Positions 48,791-61,330 of a DNA stretch of 64,000 bases are shown piece after piece. The stretch's first letter is position 1. Each line of letters starts with the position of its first letter. The notes below the pieces were generated by a model, which ran no database searches, was not told the origin of the DNA, and saw only the letters and a program-made list of their open reading frames with translations. Source of the DNA: Vicugna vicugna (Eukaryota); assembly GCA_013265495.1 (NCBI GenBank), contig MU057711.1, positions 1,302,001 through 1,366,000 of the forward strand. Reading direction: 5' to 3'. The position numbers were made by a program, and so were the translations under genes.

Positions 48791-50353
48791 ATTTGTTTTT
48801 TTACATAATTGGGAACTGACATCTGTAATTTTGTTAAATAGGGTATTTCCTGGATCACTATAGAGTTTTCTTTCACATTTATTTAATGTTTTTAAGTGGC
48901 AGTTGTATACATTTACTATTTACATAATTTTTATTGAGATACAATTCATAGAACATAAATTTTGCAAATTTAATAATTTTAGTGTACAATTCATTTGTTT
49001 TTAGTACCTTTTGCAACCATCACCTTTGTGTAATTTCAGAACATTTTCAAAACCTAGGAAGCAAATTCCATATCCATTAAGCAGTCATGCCCCATTCCTC
49101 CCTTCCCCATCCCCTGGAAACCACAAATCTACTCTCTGTTTCTATGGATTTGTCTATTCTGGACATTTTATGTAAATGAAAACATACAATAGGTGCTCTT
49201 TTATGACTGACATCTTTCACTTAGCATAATGTCTTCAAGGTTCATCCGTGTTGTAGCATGTGTCAGTTCTTTGATTTTATTTTATTGATATTTCATTATA
49301 TATTCATTTCATTATATAGATATTTCATTATATAGATATACCACGTTTTGTGTATGCATTCATCAGTTAATGAACATTTAGATTATTGCCATTTGGGGGT
49401 TATTATGAATAATGCTGCTGTGAACATCTGTGTGCAAGTGTTTGTGTGGATATGTTTTCAATTCTCTTTGGTATACAGCTAGGAGTAGAACTGCTGAGTC
49501 ATTTGGTAACTCTGTGTTTAACCTTTTGAGAAACTGCCAAACTGTCTTCCAAGATGGCTGCACTGTTTTACATTCCCACCAGCAACCTATGAGTGGTCCA
49601 ATTTCTCCACATCCTTGCCAACACTTACTGTTTTCCATTTATGGGATTATAGCTTTCCTAGTGCATATGGAGTGGTATCACCTTGAGATTTTGACTTGCA
49701 GTCCCCTAATGGCTAATGATATTAAGTATCTTTTCATGTGTTTGTTAGCCACTGTATATCTTTCTTGGAGAAATGTCTATTCAAGTCCATTTTTCATTTC
49801 TAGTCAAGTCCATTTGCACATTTTTCAACTGAGTTGTTTGTCCTTTTGCTGTTGAAAGAGTTCTTCATATATTCTGAATACTAGATCTTTGTCAAATATA
49901 CAATTTGCAGATATTTTCTCCCATCCTATGAATTGTCTTTCACTTTTTTAAACTGTGTCTTTGATGCACAAAGTTTGTTTTTTATGAAGTCCAAATTATT
50001 TACTGTTTCTTTGGCTGCCTGCATTTTCAGTGTCATATTTAAGAAATTTTTGCTTAATCCAAGGTTGCAAAGATTTACACCTATGTTTCCTTCAAATAGT
50101 TTTATAGTTTTACCTCTTAAATTTATATTTTTCCATCCATTTTGAGTTCATCTGTGTATATAACATGAAATAAGGGGCAGATTCAATCTTTTCATGTAGA
50201 TATCCAGTCCTCCCAACATTGCTTATTGAAAAGACTTCCCTTTCCTCAGTAAATTGTCTTGGCACTCTTGTAGATGTATGGGTTTATTTCTGGGATCTCA
50301 ATTCTATTTTATTGATATATATGTTTATACTTACGTCTGAGTACACTGTTTTG

Positions 50354-50689
50354 TTCACTTTTTAAATTGAAGTCTAGTCATTTTACAATGTTGTGTCAGT
50401 TTCTGGTGGACAACATAATGGTTCAAACATATACATATATTCTCATTTTCATATTCTCTTTCATTATAGGTTACTACAAGATAGGGAATATTGTTTCCTG
50501 TGCTATATAGAAGAAACTTGTTGTTTATCTATTTTATATATAGTAGTTAGTACCTGCAAATCTCTATTTTCCAATTTATCCCTTCCCACCCCCTTCCCTC
50601 CTGGTAACCATATGTTTGTTTCCTGTCTGTGGGTCTGTTTCTGTTTTGTAGATAAGTTCATCTATCTTTTTTTTTTTCAGACTCCACAA
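50354..50689 (-). mobile_element. Young L1 3' end nested in the old L1
   Basis: Perfect 15-bp TSD gagtacactgttttg at 50339-50353 and 50690-50704. Confidence 0.9.
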
Positions 50690-53048
50690 GAGTACACTGT
50701 TTTGATTACCATAGCTTCATAGTAAATTTTCAAATCAGGAAGCATGAGCCCTCCATCTTTGTTCTTTTTTTCATGAGAATTTTTGGCTATTCTGGGTCCT
50801 TTTGCATTTCCATGTGAATTTAGGATCAACTTGTCCATTCCCACAAAAATGACAATTAGAAATTTGATAAGAATTGCATTGAATCTGTAGATTCTAGATA
50901 GGTCTTTAATTTCTTTCAACAATGTTCTATAGTTTTCAGCATACAAGACTTGCACTTTCTTGATTAAATTTATTACTAAGCATTTTATTTTTATGGTATT
51001 ATAAATATAACTGTTTTATTAATTTCATTTTAATATTGTTCATTGCTCATGTATTGAGAAACAACTGAGTTTTGTATATTGATCTTGTATCCTGCAACAT
51101 TGTTGAACTCATTTATTAGCTCTAATAATTTTTTGTGGCTTCTTTAGAATTATCTATTTTAAGATTATATCATCTGTGAATAGAAATAGATATACTTCTT
51201 CCTTTTCAATTTGGTTGTATTTTATTTCTTTTTCTTGCCTAATTGCCCCGGCTAGAACTTTTGGCACCATTTGAACAGACATGATGAGAGCAAACATCCT
51301 TGTCTTGTTTCTGATCTTAGGGGAAGTGGTTTCAATTGATTCCATTAAGTAAGATGTTAGCTGTGGGTTTTTTATAGATGCCCTTTATGAAATCAAGGAA
51401 GTTTCCCTCTGTTCCTAGTTTGTTGAATGTTTTTATCATGAAAGAGTGTTGGATTTTGTCAAATGCTTTTTCTGCAAAATTGAGATGATCATGTGGGATT
51501 TCTTCCCCTCATTTTATTTATGTGGTGTACTACCTTGGTTGACTTTCTTATGTTGAACCACTTTTGCATTTCTGGTATAAGTCCAACTTGGTCATGGTGA
51601 ATAATCCTTTTAGTATGCTGCTGGATTCAGTTTGCTAATATCTTGTTGAGGATTTTTGCATCTATATTCATAGGAATATTGGTCTGCAGTTTCCTTATGA
51701 TTTCTTTGTCTGGTTTGATATCAGGGTATGTCTGGCTTTGATATCAGGGTAATAGTGGTCTCATAGAATGAGTTAGGTAGTGTTCCTTTCTTTTCTATTT
51801 TTGGAAAGAAATTGCAAAAGGTTGGTGCTGACATTTCTTTAAACATTTAATATGGGCTTTTTTTGTTGGAAGGTTTTTATTGCTTAGTCTCTTTATTTAT
51901 TATAGATATATGCAGATATTTTATTTTTTATGGAGTCAGTTTTGATAATTTGTGTTTCTAGAAATTTGTTCATTTCAGCTAAGTTATCTAATTCATTGGC
52001 ATACACTATTCATGGTATTCTCTTACAACCTTTTTTAATTCCTGTACAGTCAAAAAGTAATATCTTCACTTTTATTCCTAATTTTAGTAATTTGAATTTT
52101 CTTTTTTTTTCCCTTGGTCAATATAGCTAAAGCTTGTTTATTGTGTTGATCTTTTCAAAGATTCAACTTTTTGTTTTATTGATTCTCTCCATTGTTTCTC
52201 TATACTCTATTTCTTTAATTTCTGCCCTTATTTTTATTTCTTTCTTTCTTTTTCCTTTGGGCTTAATTTGCTCTTTTTTATCCTTTCTTAAGGTTGAAGG
52301 TTAAGATATTAATTTAAGATATTTTCTTTTTGAATGTAGGCATTTACAGCTATAAATTTCCCTCTGGAACTGCTTTTCTTGCATCCCGTAAGTTTTGGTA
52401 TGTTGTGTTTCATTTTTGTTCTTCTCAAAGTATTTTCTAATTCTCTTGTGACTTTGGCTGATTGGTGATCTAGAAATGTGTTGCTTAATTTACACATATT
52501 TGTGAATTTTCCAGCTTACCTTATATTTTGATCTTTAGTTTAATTTCACTGTGATTAGAGAAGACATTTTTTATGATTTCAATCTTTCTAAATTTATTGA
52601 GATTCATTTTGTGGTCTAACATTTGGTCTATCCTGGAGACTGTTTCATATACATGTGAGAATATATATTCTGCTGTTGTTAGGTAGAGTTTTCTGTAAGT
52701 GTCTATTTGATCTAGTTGGTTTATAGTGCTGCTCAGATCTTCTATTTTCTTGCTGATCTTCTGTCTAGCTATTATATTCATTATTGAAAGTGGAGTATTG
52801 ATGTTTCCGACTATTACAGTTGAACTTTCTATTTCTCCCTTTAATGCTGCATTTTTCCTATTTTGGGTCTCTGTTGTTAGGGGCATGTATATTTATAATT
52901 ATTACATCTTATCATATTGATCCATTTATCATTATATAATGTCCTTCTTTGTCACTTGTAACACTTTGTCTCTTAAGGTCTATTTTGTCTGAAATTAGTA
53001 TAGCCACCCAGCTGTCTTTTGGTTTCTGTTTGTATGGAATATATTTTT

Positions 53049-53137
53049 TTTTCAGCTTCACTGAGTTATAATTGACGAATAAAATCAAAAGACATTTAAA
53101 GTGTACAGTGTGATGATATATGTACACATTGTGAAAG
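53049..53137 (-). mobile_element. Very short L1 3' end nested in the old L1
   Basis: TSD tggaatatattttt (53035-53048) / tggtatatattttt (53138-53151). Confidence 0.75.
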
Positions 53138-53178
53138 TGGTATATATTTTTCCATTCTTTAACTTTCAATCTATTTTT

Positions 53179-53592
53179 TTTGCTTTTTTCTTCCAGTTTT
53201 ACTGAGATATAATTGACATACAGCACTGTATAAATCTAAGACTTGCAGCATAATAATTTGACTAATATACATCATGAAATGATTATCACAGCAAGTTTAG
53301 TGAATATCCATCATCTCACATAGATACAAAATAAAAGAAAAAGAAAAAAATGTTTCCTTGTGATGAGAACTTTTAGGATTTTCTTTTTAGACAACTTCAT
53401 ATATAACATACATCAGTGTTAATTATCTTAATTACATTGTACATTACATCCCTACTATTTATTTATCTTATAACTAGAAGTAACTTGTATCTTTTGATTG
53501 ACTTTATCCAATTCCTTCTCTTCCCTTCTCTTGTCTCTGGTAATCACAAATCTGATCTCTTTTTCTATGAGTTTATTGTTTCTTTGCTTGTT
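53179..53592 (-). mobile_element. L1MA9-like 3' end nested in the old L1
   Basis: Direct repeat ttctttaactttcaatctattttt at 53155-53178 and 53593-53616; tactgagatataattgacatacagcactgta. Confidence 0.85.
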
Positions 53593-53719
53593 TTCTTTAA
53601 CTTTCAATCTATTTTTGTCTTTGAACCTAAAGTAATTCTCTTATAGACAGCTTGTAGTTGGATAACTCTTTATAAATGCATATTGCTGGTTTCTGTGTTT
53701 TGATTGGAATAAGTTCAAT

Positions 53720-53974
53720 GTCTGGGCTTTATCAGTGGCAATTTCTTGGATTACTTTTATTTTTCTTAGTGGACCATACTTTCTTGTTTTTTTGTAAGCC
53801 TTGCAACTTCTGGTTGATAATCAAACATTTTGAGTAGTATAACATGGTAAATCTGGAAATCAGATGCTCCTACCTCCCATGGCTTTGTTGTTGCTGCTTG
53901 TTGTAGTTGTTGTCACTAAACAGAGCAACTTTTCTGAAACAATTTTGTAGAATCTGTATTCTTCATCACATCTG
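53720..53974 (-). mobile_element. Old L1 5'-region fragment
   Basis: ccatactttcttg..aaacattttgag..ctggaaatcagatgctcc..aattttgtagaatctgtattcttc. Confidence 0.5.
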
Positions 53975-54494
53975 TGAGACAGGAGGGAAGGGGGCAGGGT
54001 GCAGCCATTAAAGGAATGACATACCAGTTAGCACCACGATGGCAGGAGATTCAACTCCCAGTAGATCCTGAGGCCCAAGATGGTAGGAGATTTGACCTCC
54101 AGTAGACCTTGAGCTTCATTATATGCTCATTGTAATGTATTAGCATGGTAAATGCACTCTCACTGGTGCCATGACAGTTCCCAGGCCAACCATAAATGGT
54201 TAAAAAGTGGGATTCCTAGCCCCTTCCCCAAAGTATTTGGGAATCCCAGCCCCTTCCCCAAAGTAGTTGGAATAATCCTCCCACTTGTTAGCATATGAAG
54301 TTACTGAGCCCATAAAAACTAACAATCCCTCACATTGTGGCCTTTCTCTTGCCTTTTGAGATGGCAGAACTGTCGTGTATAGCTCTTCAGAACTTCCTCC
54401 TATATGCTAGACTACATACTGCCTGATTGACAAATCACTGAATAAAGCCTGTAAGATCTTTAAAATTTACTCAATTGAATTTTATTTTTTAACA
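53975..54494 (+). mobile_element. ERV1-class LTR, MER41-like 5' part with a different-looking 3' end
   Basis: TG..CA ends; ggtgccatgacagtt, gaataatcctcccacttgttagcatat, cataaaaa; AATAAA near 54441. Confidence 0.7.
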
Positions 54495-54814
54495 GATCAT
54501 ATCACTTATACTTCCACCAGCCATGTTTATAAGTATTGCCTCTCCCCTGCCTTGTCCCCAGTGAGTATTATAACTCAAGACATTTGTTAAGTAGAAATAA
54601 TGTCTCACTGTTTTGTTTTGCATGTCTCTTATTGTCAACAAGGCCAAAATACTTATGGTTTTTATTTGGTGTTGCCATTTCTGTGAACTTCTGGTCAATA
54701 TTGTTTGATTTTTATTTATTTATTCATTTATGAGAGCTATTTACACAGTAAGACTATCAGCCTTAATGGCAATAATTGAAAATATTTGAAAATGAAAAGG
54801 GCTCTAAAAGCATT

Positions 54815-54940
54815 TGTTTAGTTTTTTTAAGAAGACATGTTTTAGTCTTTTTTGTTTTTTAAATGGAGGTATTGGTGACTGAACCCAGGACCTCTTGCAC
54901 ACTAAGCAGGTGCTCTACCACTGAGCTGTATGCCTTCCCC
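54815..54940 (-). mobile_element. tRNA-derived SINE of camelid type
   Basis: Reverse strand: ggggaaggcatacagctcagtggtagagcacctgcttagtgtgcaagaggtcctgggttcagtcaccaatacctccattt plus A-rich tail; TSD-like ctaaaagcattt/ctaaaagtactt. Confidence 0.85.
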
Positions 54941-55011
54941 ACTAAAAGTACTTCTAATTTCATATACCCAGTGAGTTCTCTTTGCTGGTTCTTGGTCACT
55001 ATATCCAGCGT

Positions 55012-55884
55012 TGTATTAGTGCTATAACAAATTACCACAAACACAGTGACTTAAAACAAAACAGATGTATTTTCCTACAGCTATGGGTGTCAAAAGACCT
55101 AAAACGAAGGTGTCAGCAGCCCAGTTCCTCCTTGAGGCTATAAGGGGAGAATCTGACTTCTTGCCATTTTAGCTTCTAATGGACACCTCTTCTCCTTGGC
55201 TTGTGGTTCCCTTTTCCATACTGAAAGCACATCACTCTAATTTCTGCTTCTGTCTTCCCACCACCTCTGCTTCTGACTTCTCCTACATCCCTTTTATAAG
55301 GGCCATTATGATTATGTCAGGCCTACCCAGACAATCCAGGATGCTCTCTCAAACTCCAGGTGTTTAACTTAATCACACCTGCAGTCTCCTTTGCTGTATG
55401 TGTTAGTCAGAGCTCTCCAGAGAAACAGAATCAATAAGATGTGTAGATGGATAAGCAGACAGATAAATGATTTATTGACTGATTGATTATTTTAAAGAAT
55501 TGAGCTCATACAATTTTGGGACTGGCAAGTCCAAAATCTGCAGGTTAGGCTGTGATACTTGAGACTCAGGAAAGAGTTGATGTCCAGTTGTGAGTCAGAA
55601 GACAGTCTGGAGGCAAAATTTCCTCCTCTTTGAGAGCCCTCAGTCTTTTTCTTCAGGCCTGCAACTGATGGGAGGAGACCAAACCATATTAGGAAGTGTC
55701 AAAAGTCTACGTACTCACAGTCTACTGATTTAAATGTTAATCACACCAAAAAATACCTTCACCACATCTAGACTAGGGTTTGAGCAAGCAACCTGGTTGA
55801 CACATAAATGAACCATCACAGCATTTGAAGTTCCAGAGATTCGGATTTGGACATATTCAAGGGGCCATCATTCAGCATACCACA
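55012..55884 (-). mobile_element. MLT1C/D-like MaLR LTR split by an MLT2
   Basis: tgtattagtgctataacaaattaccacaaac..taacttaatcacacctgca; resumes gttccagagattcggatttggacat..cataccaca. Confidence 0.8.
55399..55820 (-). mobile_element. MLT2B-like ERVL solo LTR nested in MLT1
   Basis: tgtgttagtcagagctctccagagaaacagaatcaata..gtctactgatttaaatgttaatcac..gttgacacataaatgaaccatcaca. Confidence 0.85.
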
Positions 55885-56761
55885 GTCCACTAGGGCTATT
55901 TCTTTGAATAAAAAGAAAATGTTCTCTTTTGAGAAAAAGTAAATACTAATTCAGACTAAATAAAACATTCCCAAACTCTCCTGTTTTCATCAGAATTTTA
56001 TAGTAACAATAATAGTATTTTCCCATGATTCCTTCATTATGTGCAGTTTGGAGGAGAATCTCATATCACATTATCCTTAGTAATAAAAAGAAAGATCTGC
56101 TTCTCTGATTAAAAGCCATTTTTCCATACTTTTGAAGAAGAGATTCTCTCTTTCTCTCTACTTCTCTTGAATTGCTATCCTTGGCAGGAAATAGTTTATC
56201 AGCTCTGGCTCCTAATTGGATAGAAACATGGCTATTGTGGTGTTTTTCAGTCGACAGGAGACCTTTAGGTTTAGGGGACTAGAGACACATTTAAGCAGGA
56301 ATCTATTCCCTTTGGTTCCTCAAAATATTTGAAAATGACCATGAAATGGGAGGAATAGGAGGATTCCCAAAGAGTGGTTTCAAGTTGCCAGAACTTCAAT
56401 CTTGAGCTACCAGTTCCCTCCAAAGACAAAAGAAACCAAGATTCAAAGTAGAGATTGCTTGAAAAGAATCTTGCTTCTGTTCAAAACATAAAATAACATC
56501 CATTGCTATTATCTGAATGATTCATTCTGCTTCATACTCCTTGCTCCCACAAACCGTTCACTTCTTTACGAAAGAAATTGTAATTGCAACGGAAATCTTT
56601 ATTCTTTTCCATATAGCATTTCCTCAAGACTTGGGCCACTGGAGATTTGATTAGACACCCACATGGCTAAGGACTTGTTCTGGCCCCTCATCCCCTGGTT
56701 ATATGGACTAAGGTGCCCTGATTTGGGGGTACCCCGGACAGCTCCCCATGTGACAGCATGT

Positions 56762-57000
56762 GGAATAATCATAATAACAACCGATGTCTTTTGAAGACTT
56801 ACCTTGTGTTAACCCACAAGGTGAATGCTTTACAGACACTGTCTCAGCTCTGCCTGAAAATATCCCCTCCAAGTAGAGCCCATTATTAATATATTTTACA
56901 GATGAGGAAACTGAGGCTTAGACTTATTGAAAGGCTTCTGTAAGTCAGGTTCCCACACCGCTGGAATTCAGGCCTGTAGGATAGCAGAGCCAAGTTTAGC
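56762..57000 (-). mobile_element. MIR SINE
   Basis: attttacagatgaggaaactgaggcttaga. Confidence 0.8.
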
Positions 57001-57004
57001 CCTG

Positions 57005-57515
57005 TGTCAACTGAAATAAAGCACACAACCTCAGAGTTGAGTTATGTTTTATTTGGTGGATTTTCTTAGGGCTTGAGCCTGGGACACAACATCATCTCAG
57101 GTCACCCTAAGAAGCTGTTTCAAAGTGTCAAGGTAGAAGCCTGCATGTATGAGTTTTTGTAACAAAGACCAGGTAGTCAGACCATCAAAAGATTACTATT
57201 AATTAAAGAAAATCAGGTATCTCAAGTTAAGGAGTTTAGCACTTCTCTTTGTATGGAAAGGTGCAAAGGTCTGGGCTCACTGAAATCATTCCTTTGATAT
57301 GCATCTAACTGCCTAGGGCTGGTGTCCTATTCTTTCATGTCCTGAGTTCCTCCGGGGCGGGGGCAACACTGGGGTGGCTGTAGAGGCCAGGCTGCCTGCT
57401 TGTCCGCATCCTGAGTTTCCTCCACTCACTGTTGGGGGTGGCGGTAGCAGCTGATGAGTTGATGGCTGTAGCATCCCTTGTTTACTGATATGGCTGGCAA
57501 TATTTTGCATTCACA
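57005..57515 (-). mobile_element. ERV1-class solo LTR (cetartiodactyl type)
   Basis: TG..CA ends, 4-bp TSD cctg/cttg, minus-strand AATAAA near 57047; ctgggctcactgaaatcattcctttgatatgca. Confidence 0.75.
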
Positions 57516-57517
57516 CT

Positions 57518-57951
57518 TGTTATTGATTTGTGTACCCCCTGCAAAAAAAAAAAATTTATGTTGAATTCCTAACTGCATTACCTGATAATGTGGTACCTGA
57601 CAGGTACCTTACAAGTAGATAGGAGATAGGATCTTTACAGATGTAATTAGTTAAGATGAGGTCTTAACTTACTGAGTAGCACAGGGTCCTTATCCAGCAC
57701 GACTGATGTCCTTATTAAAAGGGGAAAGTTGGACACTTAGACAGGCACATGAAGAGGGAAGACAATGTGAAGATTCACAGGGAGAAGATGGCCATCAACG
57801 AGCCAAGGAGAGAGGCCTGAAGCAGATCAGAGGGAAGCAGACGGCTGGCAGCTTGATCTTGGATTTCCAGCCTCTAGAACTGTGAGATAATACATTTGTG
57901 CTATTTAAGCTACCCAATCCTTTGTCACAGCAGCCTCAGGAAACTAATACA
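57518..57951 (+). mobile_element. MLT1B-like MaLR solo LTR
   Basis: tctttacagatgtaattagttaagatgaggtc..gggagaagatggccatc..ttccagcctctagaactgtgaga..gaaactaataca. Confidence 0.85.
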
Positions 57952-58054
57952 AGCCCCTAAACCTCTAAACACTCATTCTTCAAGACCACATGAGTGGAGT
58001 TCTTGGCTGGCCCCCAGCCCCCAAATGCAACTCACCATTAGAAGTGTGGAAGGC

Positions 58055-58225
58055 TTTGTGGTAAGTGCCTGAAATGCGTTCCCTCATTTCCATCTGATGC
58101 CATTGGGCCTTTGAAGTGCTCTGTTAGTCCCTCCTCTTATTTCCATTTAATGATGGATGCTCAGGGCTGAGGCCCAGAGAGGTTAATGACTCGCTGGAAG
58201 TTGCACAGCTAACAAGTAGAAATTC
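58055..58225 (-). mobile_element. MIR fragment
   Basis: ctgaggcccagagaggttaatgactcgctggaagttgcacagctaacaagt. Confidence 0.65.
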
Positions 58226-59074
58226 CTTGGCTCTCTCTGCAGGGCCTCTCACAAGGGTGGAGCAGGGACGCTCCCAAATGATGTGAAAAGCCCACCACAC
58301 CCGCTCTCCTCCCTGACCTGTGGTGGCACTAAAATTCTCAGAGTAAGAGTCATGGCTTGGAGAGTCCTGGGAGGAGATGCACGAGGGTCCAAATCCTTGG
58401 CAGAGAGGGTTGCAACTAATTACCTGCTTCAGTTGACGAGAATAAAGTCCTGGGGGAAAATGAATTAAGATGGGTAAGTTTCAAGGGGGCTGGAGGGAGA
58501 GAGAGGTAGGAGATGCGGGGTTGGAGCATGGACCTCTACCTTGCTAAGGGTCATTGGTTGAAAGTAAGGAACCATCAGCAGGAGAGCCAAAAAGCACTGA
58601 GGCGCCTACTTCTCAATTTGCTGGAGCAAGTCCTGGCATGGGGTTAATTGCCCACTTTCCCAAAACTGTACCTGGAAACCTTCCCAGTCTGCACATCTGT
58701 CCAGGCTGGGCAGCGTCCCTCCCCTGCGGGACAAATCTGAGGGAGGGCGGGAAGGCGAACAAGTGAACTCTTCCTCTCACAGCTCTGCTGCCACAACAAA
58801 CACCTGGACCCCCCACGCCCCGCCCCTCCTCCCAAGCCATCTGGCCCAGGACCATCTGCTGGGGCAGTGGGGTGTTCTGAAATCGCTCCAGCCCTTTGTC
58901 AGTTTGGATGTTTAACTCTCCACTGGGCTCAGCTAATAGGCTCCCAAAGACCCAGGGCTTCCCCATCGAGGTAGGAGGAGCTGGCTTGCGTTTCCCAGGA
59001 TGAAATATTTAGGAGAAAACAAGTTTGCTCAAGCTGTGCCTGTTCCGTTTTCTGCAGCAAATTAGATATTTTCA

Positions 59075-59210
59075 TACCCATGTTATCTCACGGAACCCAC
59101 CAAGGAGCCCAGCGAGGAAAATGTCACTATCCCCATTTCATGGATGAGAAAACCGAGACTCTGAAAGTCATTGTGACTTGGTCCTTAAAGATCTAGAGCT
59201 CAGACCCAAA
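59075..59210 (-). mobile_element. MIR fragment
   Basis: actatccccatttcatggatgagaaaaccgagactctga. Confidence 0.6.
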
Positions 59211-60136
59211 CTCTGAGGCAAGCTTGTCCAGGTCCTCTCCTGATACCTCAGTGATGTGACAGGCTGGAGAGGAATTCCAGCAGAAATAAAGATGCCCTCA
59301 CAGGCCTGCCTCAAAGTTCCTCCCACTGAGGTGCTAATGCCAGCTCCTGGGGGCTGGGGGGTGCATGAGTGCTCCTCCCCCCACCCCGCCCCCGGCAGTC
59401 TGCTCGCAACAGGGGACACACAGGCATTCGTATTCCCTGTGTTTACAATGAGAGCTAGCATCTGGAGTTTAAAAATGATTTGTACACAAGTCACATCACT
59501 GCATATTTTTTATGTTTAAATTTTTGATTGCTAATTGCATATTTTTAAAAAATCCATAGCGTTAAAAATAAAACCCTACAATCACCAAAACATGGTAAGT
59601 GGCATCATAGAGGTGTTGCTCCAACAAATACTGAGAGGAGGAAAGCTCTCGTTTTCCACAGCAACACTCAGATTCATCCTTGGCATCTGTCTGCTTCCCC
59701 TATCCAGTGAGCTCACCGGTAGACCCATCGTGTGTCCCCAGAGACAGGAAGCAGAGACAGAAATGTGGTCAGCTCCTTCAGAGGTCGTCACATTGTTTGA
59801 TTCCAATACAGCAGCACCAGGGAAAAGGCATGGGCCCAGGGCAGGGGAGGCCCTGAGATGGAAGGACCACATCCATCAGGCCTGCTGTGTAAGGGCTGAT
59901 GCTTACATGATCACTCCCTTCCTTCCTTCAGTAACACTGTGCCACCAGTGCCATCCCGGTCCAAGGTACAGTTGAGGAAATGCTGAATCCTCACCTAGAG
60001 GTCACATGTCTGTGTACTCAGGGCGATCGCCCTGCCGTCACAGAGGCTGGGGGCCGACCGGGAGGCCTCTGTGTCCTCAGGTGTGGCTGACAAAGGCTCA
60101 TGGAGAACTTTCATCCCTCCAAATCCAGCTTTCACC

Positions 60137-60282
60137 TGTGGTTCTCAGCCATAGCTAGGTGTTAGAATAACCTGGAAAGATTTGCCAAGCCTGGCCCTGA
60201 CCTTCAGGCTTCTGATTTTTTCGTCTGGGGTGGGGCCTGTCCACGGGAATGTTTAAGATTTTCCAGGGTCAAGGACTCTGTT
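60137..60282. mobile_element. MER5-like hAT-Charlie element
   Basis: gtggttctcagcc..ttagaataacctgg..ttctgatt..gtctggggtggggcctg; followed by ttctaaag. Confidence 0.6.
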
Positions 60283-61039
60283 CTAAAGGAAGGGGAAAGG
60301 TAGGGGAAAGGAAGCATTCGTCTCCACAGTCAGGAGTCGGCTCTGCCTCAGCCGCTGACCCCTGCATGTGATGACCGTCATTGTCCTTAGTGATTTTTAG
60401 ATCTGGCCTAACTCTCTGGTCTTTGGGTGTGGCCAGGACTAAGGGGATGGGGTGGCTGATGGGTGGGGGAGGACAGGGTACAAGGGGGGAAGTGACTGGG
60501 TAGGCAGCGTGGGGCTAAAATTCAGCAGTTAGAGCAAGCGTGGCCGCCAAGCCTCCGAAGGAAGGGGGAAGAGGCCTCTACATGCGCTGTTAGCACAGAG
60601 AACAGATGCGGGAGATTTAACGGCGTCAGTGCTGGGAGCAGCTGCCAGGTGACTTGGTTGAGTTATGGGCCTAGGCTGCCCCTTCTCTGTCTCCGCCTGG
60701 CCCTGTCCTGCCAGGGAGCTAGTTTGGGAGAAGGATATGAGCCCCCCAGGGCCTCAGTGTGAGGTAGGAACTGGGGTCGGCAGCAAGAGCTGGGTGGGCG
60801 TGGGGACCCCATTCCCTGGAGACTCCTGGTTCTGCTCATTTGCTCTGAGGATGGGCAAGACTTGGTCCTTTCTTAGTCTTGTCCACAAACTGACCAGAGG
60901 GACTCGGCCATTGTTTCAGCGCTGACCTGCCACAGCTCCCAAGGTGGGGCTGGAGGAAGCTATGGGACCTCTGTGGTGGAGCCTGCAAGAACAGGCAAAG
61001 ATGGTGCTCAGCAACGGGGACAGACAAGCAGCTCCCAGG

Positions 61040-61330
61040 AATAGTCGCCAGTGTTTACTGAGCATCTCCTGTGTGCCAGGCCCTGTGCTGAGGACAGAAC
61101 AGGTTTGACCTCACTTATTCTTTGCACTCTGTGAGGTACTTAATATCACTATCCTGTTTCACAGATGAGAAAACTGAGGCTTGGGGAACAGCTACGTTGC
61201 CAGCCTCTGAGAGCTGAGCTCCATGCACCAACGGGGGCCACCTGCCACTGTCAGGGCCTTACACAGCGGTTAAGAGCCAAGACTGTGAACAGTAAGCCAG
61301 GGCTCAGATTCTGGCTCCAGCACTTCCTGG
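61040..61330. mobile_element. MIR fragments (- then +)
   Basis: tttactgagcatctcctgtgtgccaggccctgtgct..cacagatgagaaaactgaggctt; then gcggttaagagcc. Confidence 0.65.

Larger units (their letters stand above)
48925..53710 (-). mobile_element. Old L1 (L1MA/MB-class) spanning 3'UTR, RT and endonuclease regions, with nested insertions
   Basis: ORFs 49378-49638 (KCWQGCGEIGPL..CWWECK), 50677-50955 (IYRFNAILIK), 52521-52886 (TVIVGNINTPLS..SRID..FSNHSEIKL) and 52912-53226 (VAILISDKID..DKEGHYIMINGSI) are L1 ORF2p pieces. Confidence 0.95.

Noticed and set aside
49285..49340. Short tandem repeats tatttcattatataga (also the duplication at 51710-51751)
   Set aside because: Ordinary slippage inside an old L1.
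54211..54270. 30-bp direct repeats as a CRISPR-like array or intact STAT/GAS enhancer
   Set aside because: Only two adjacent copies with no spacer, inside a eukaryotic LTR, and the GAS consensus is not intact.
57592..57608. Palindrome ggtacctg-a-caggtacc
   Set aside because: Short, inside an MLT1B LTR, and compatible with chance or local slippage.
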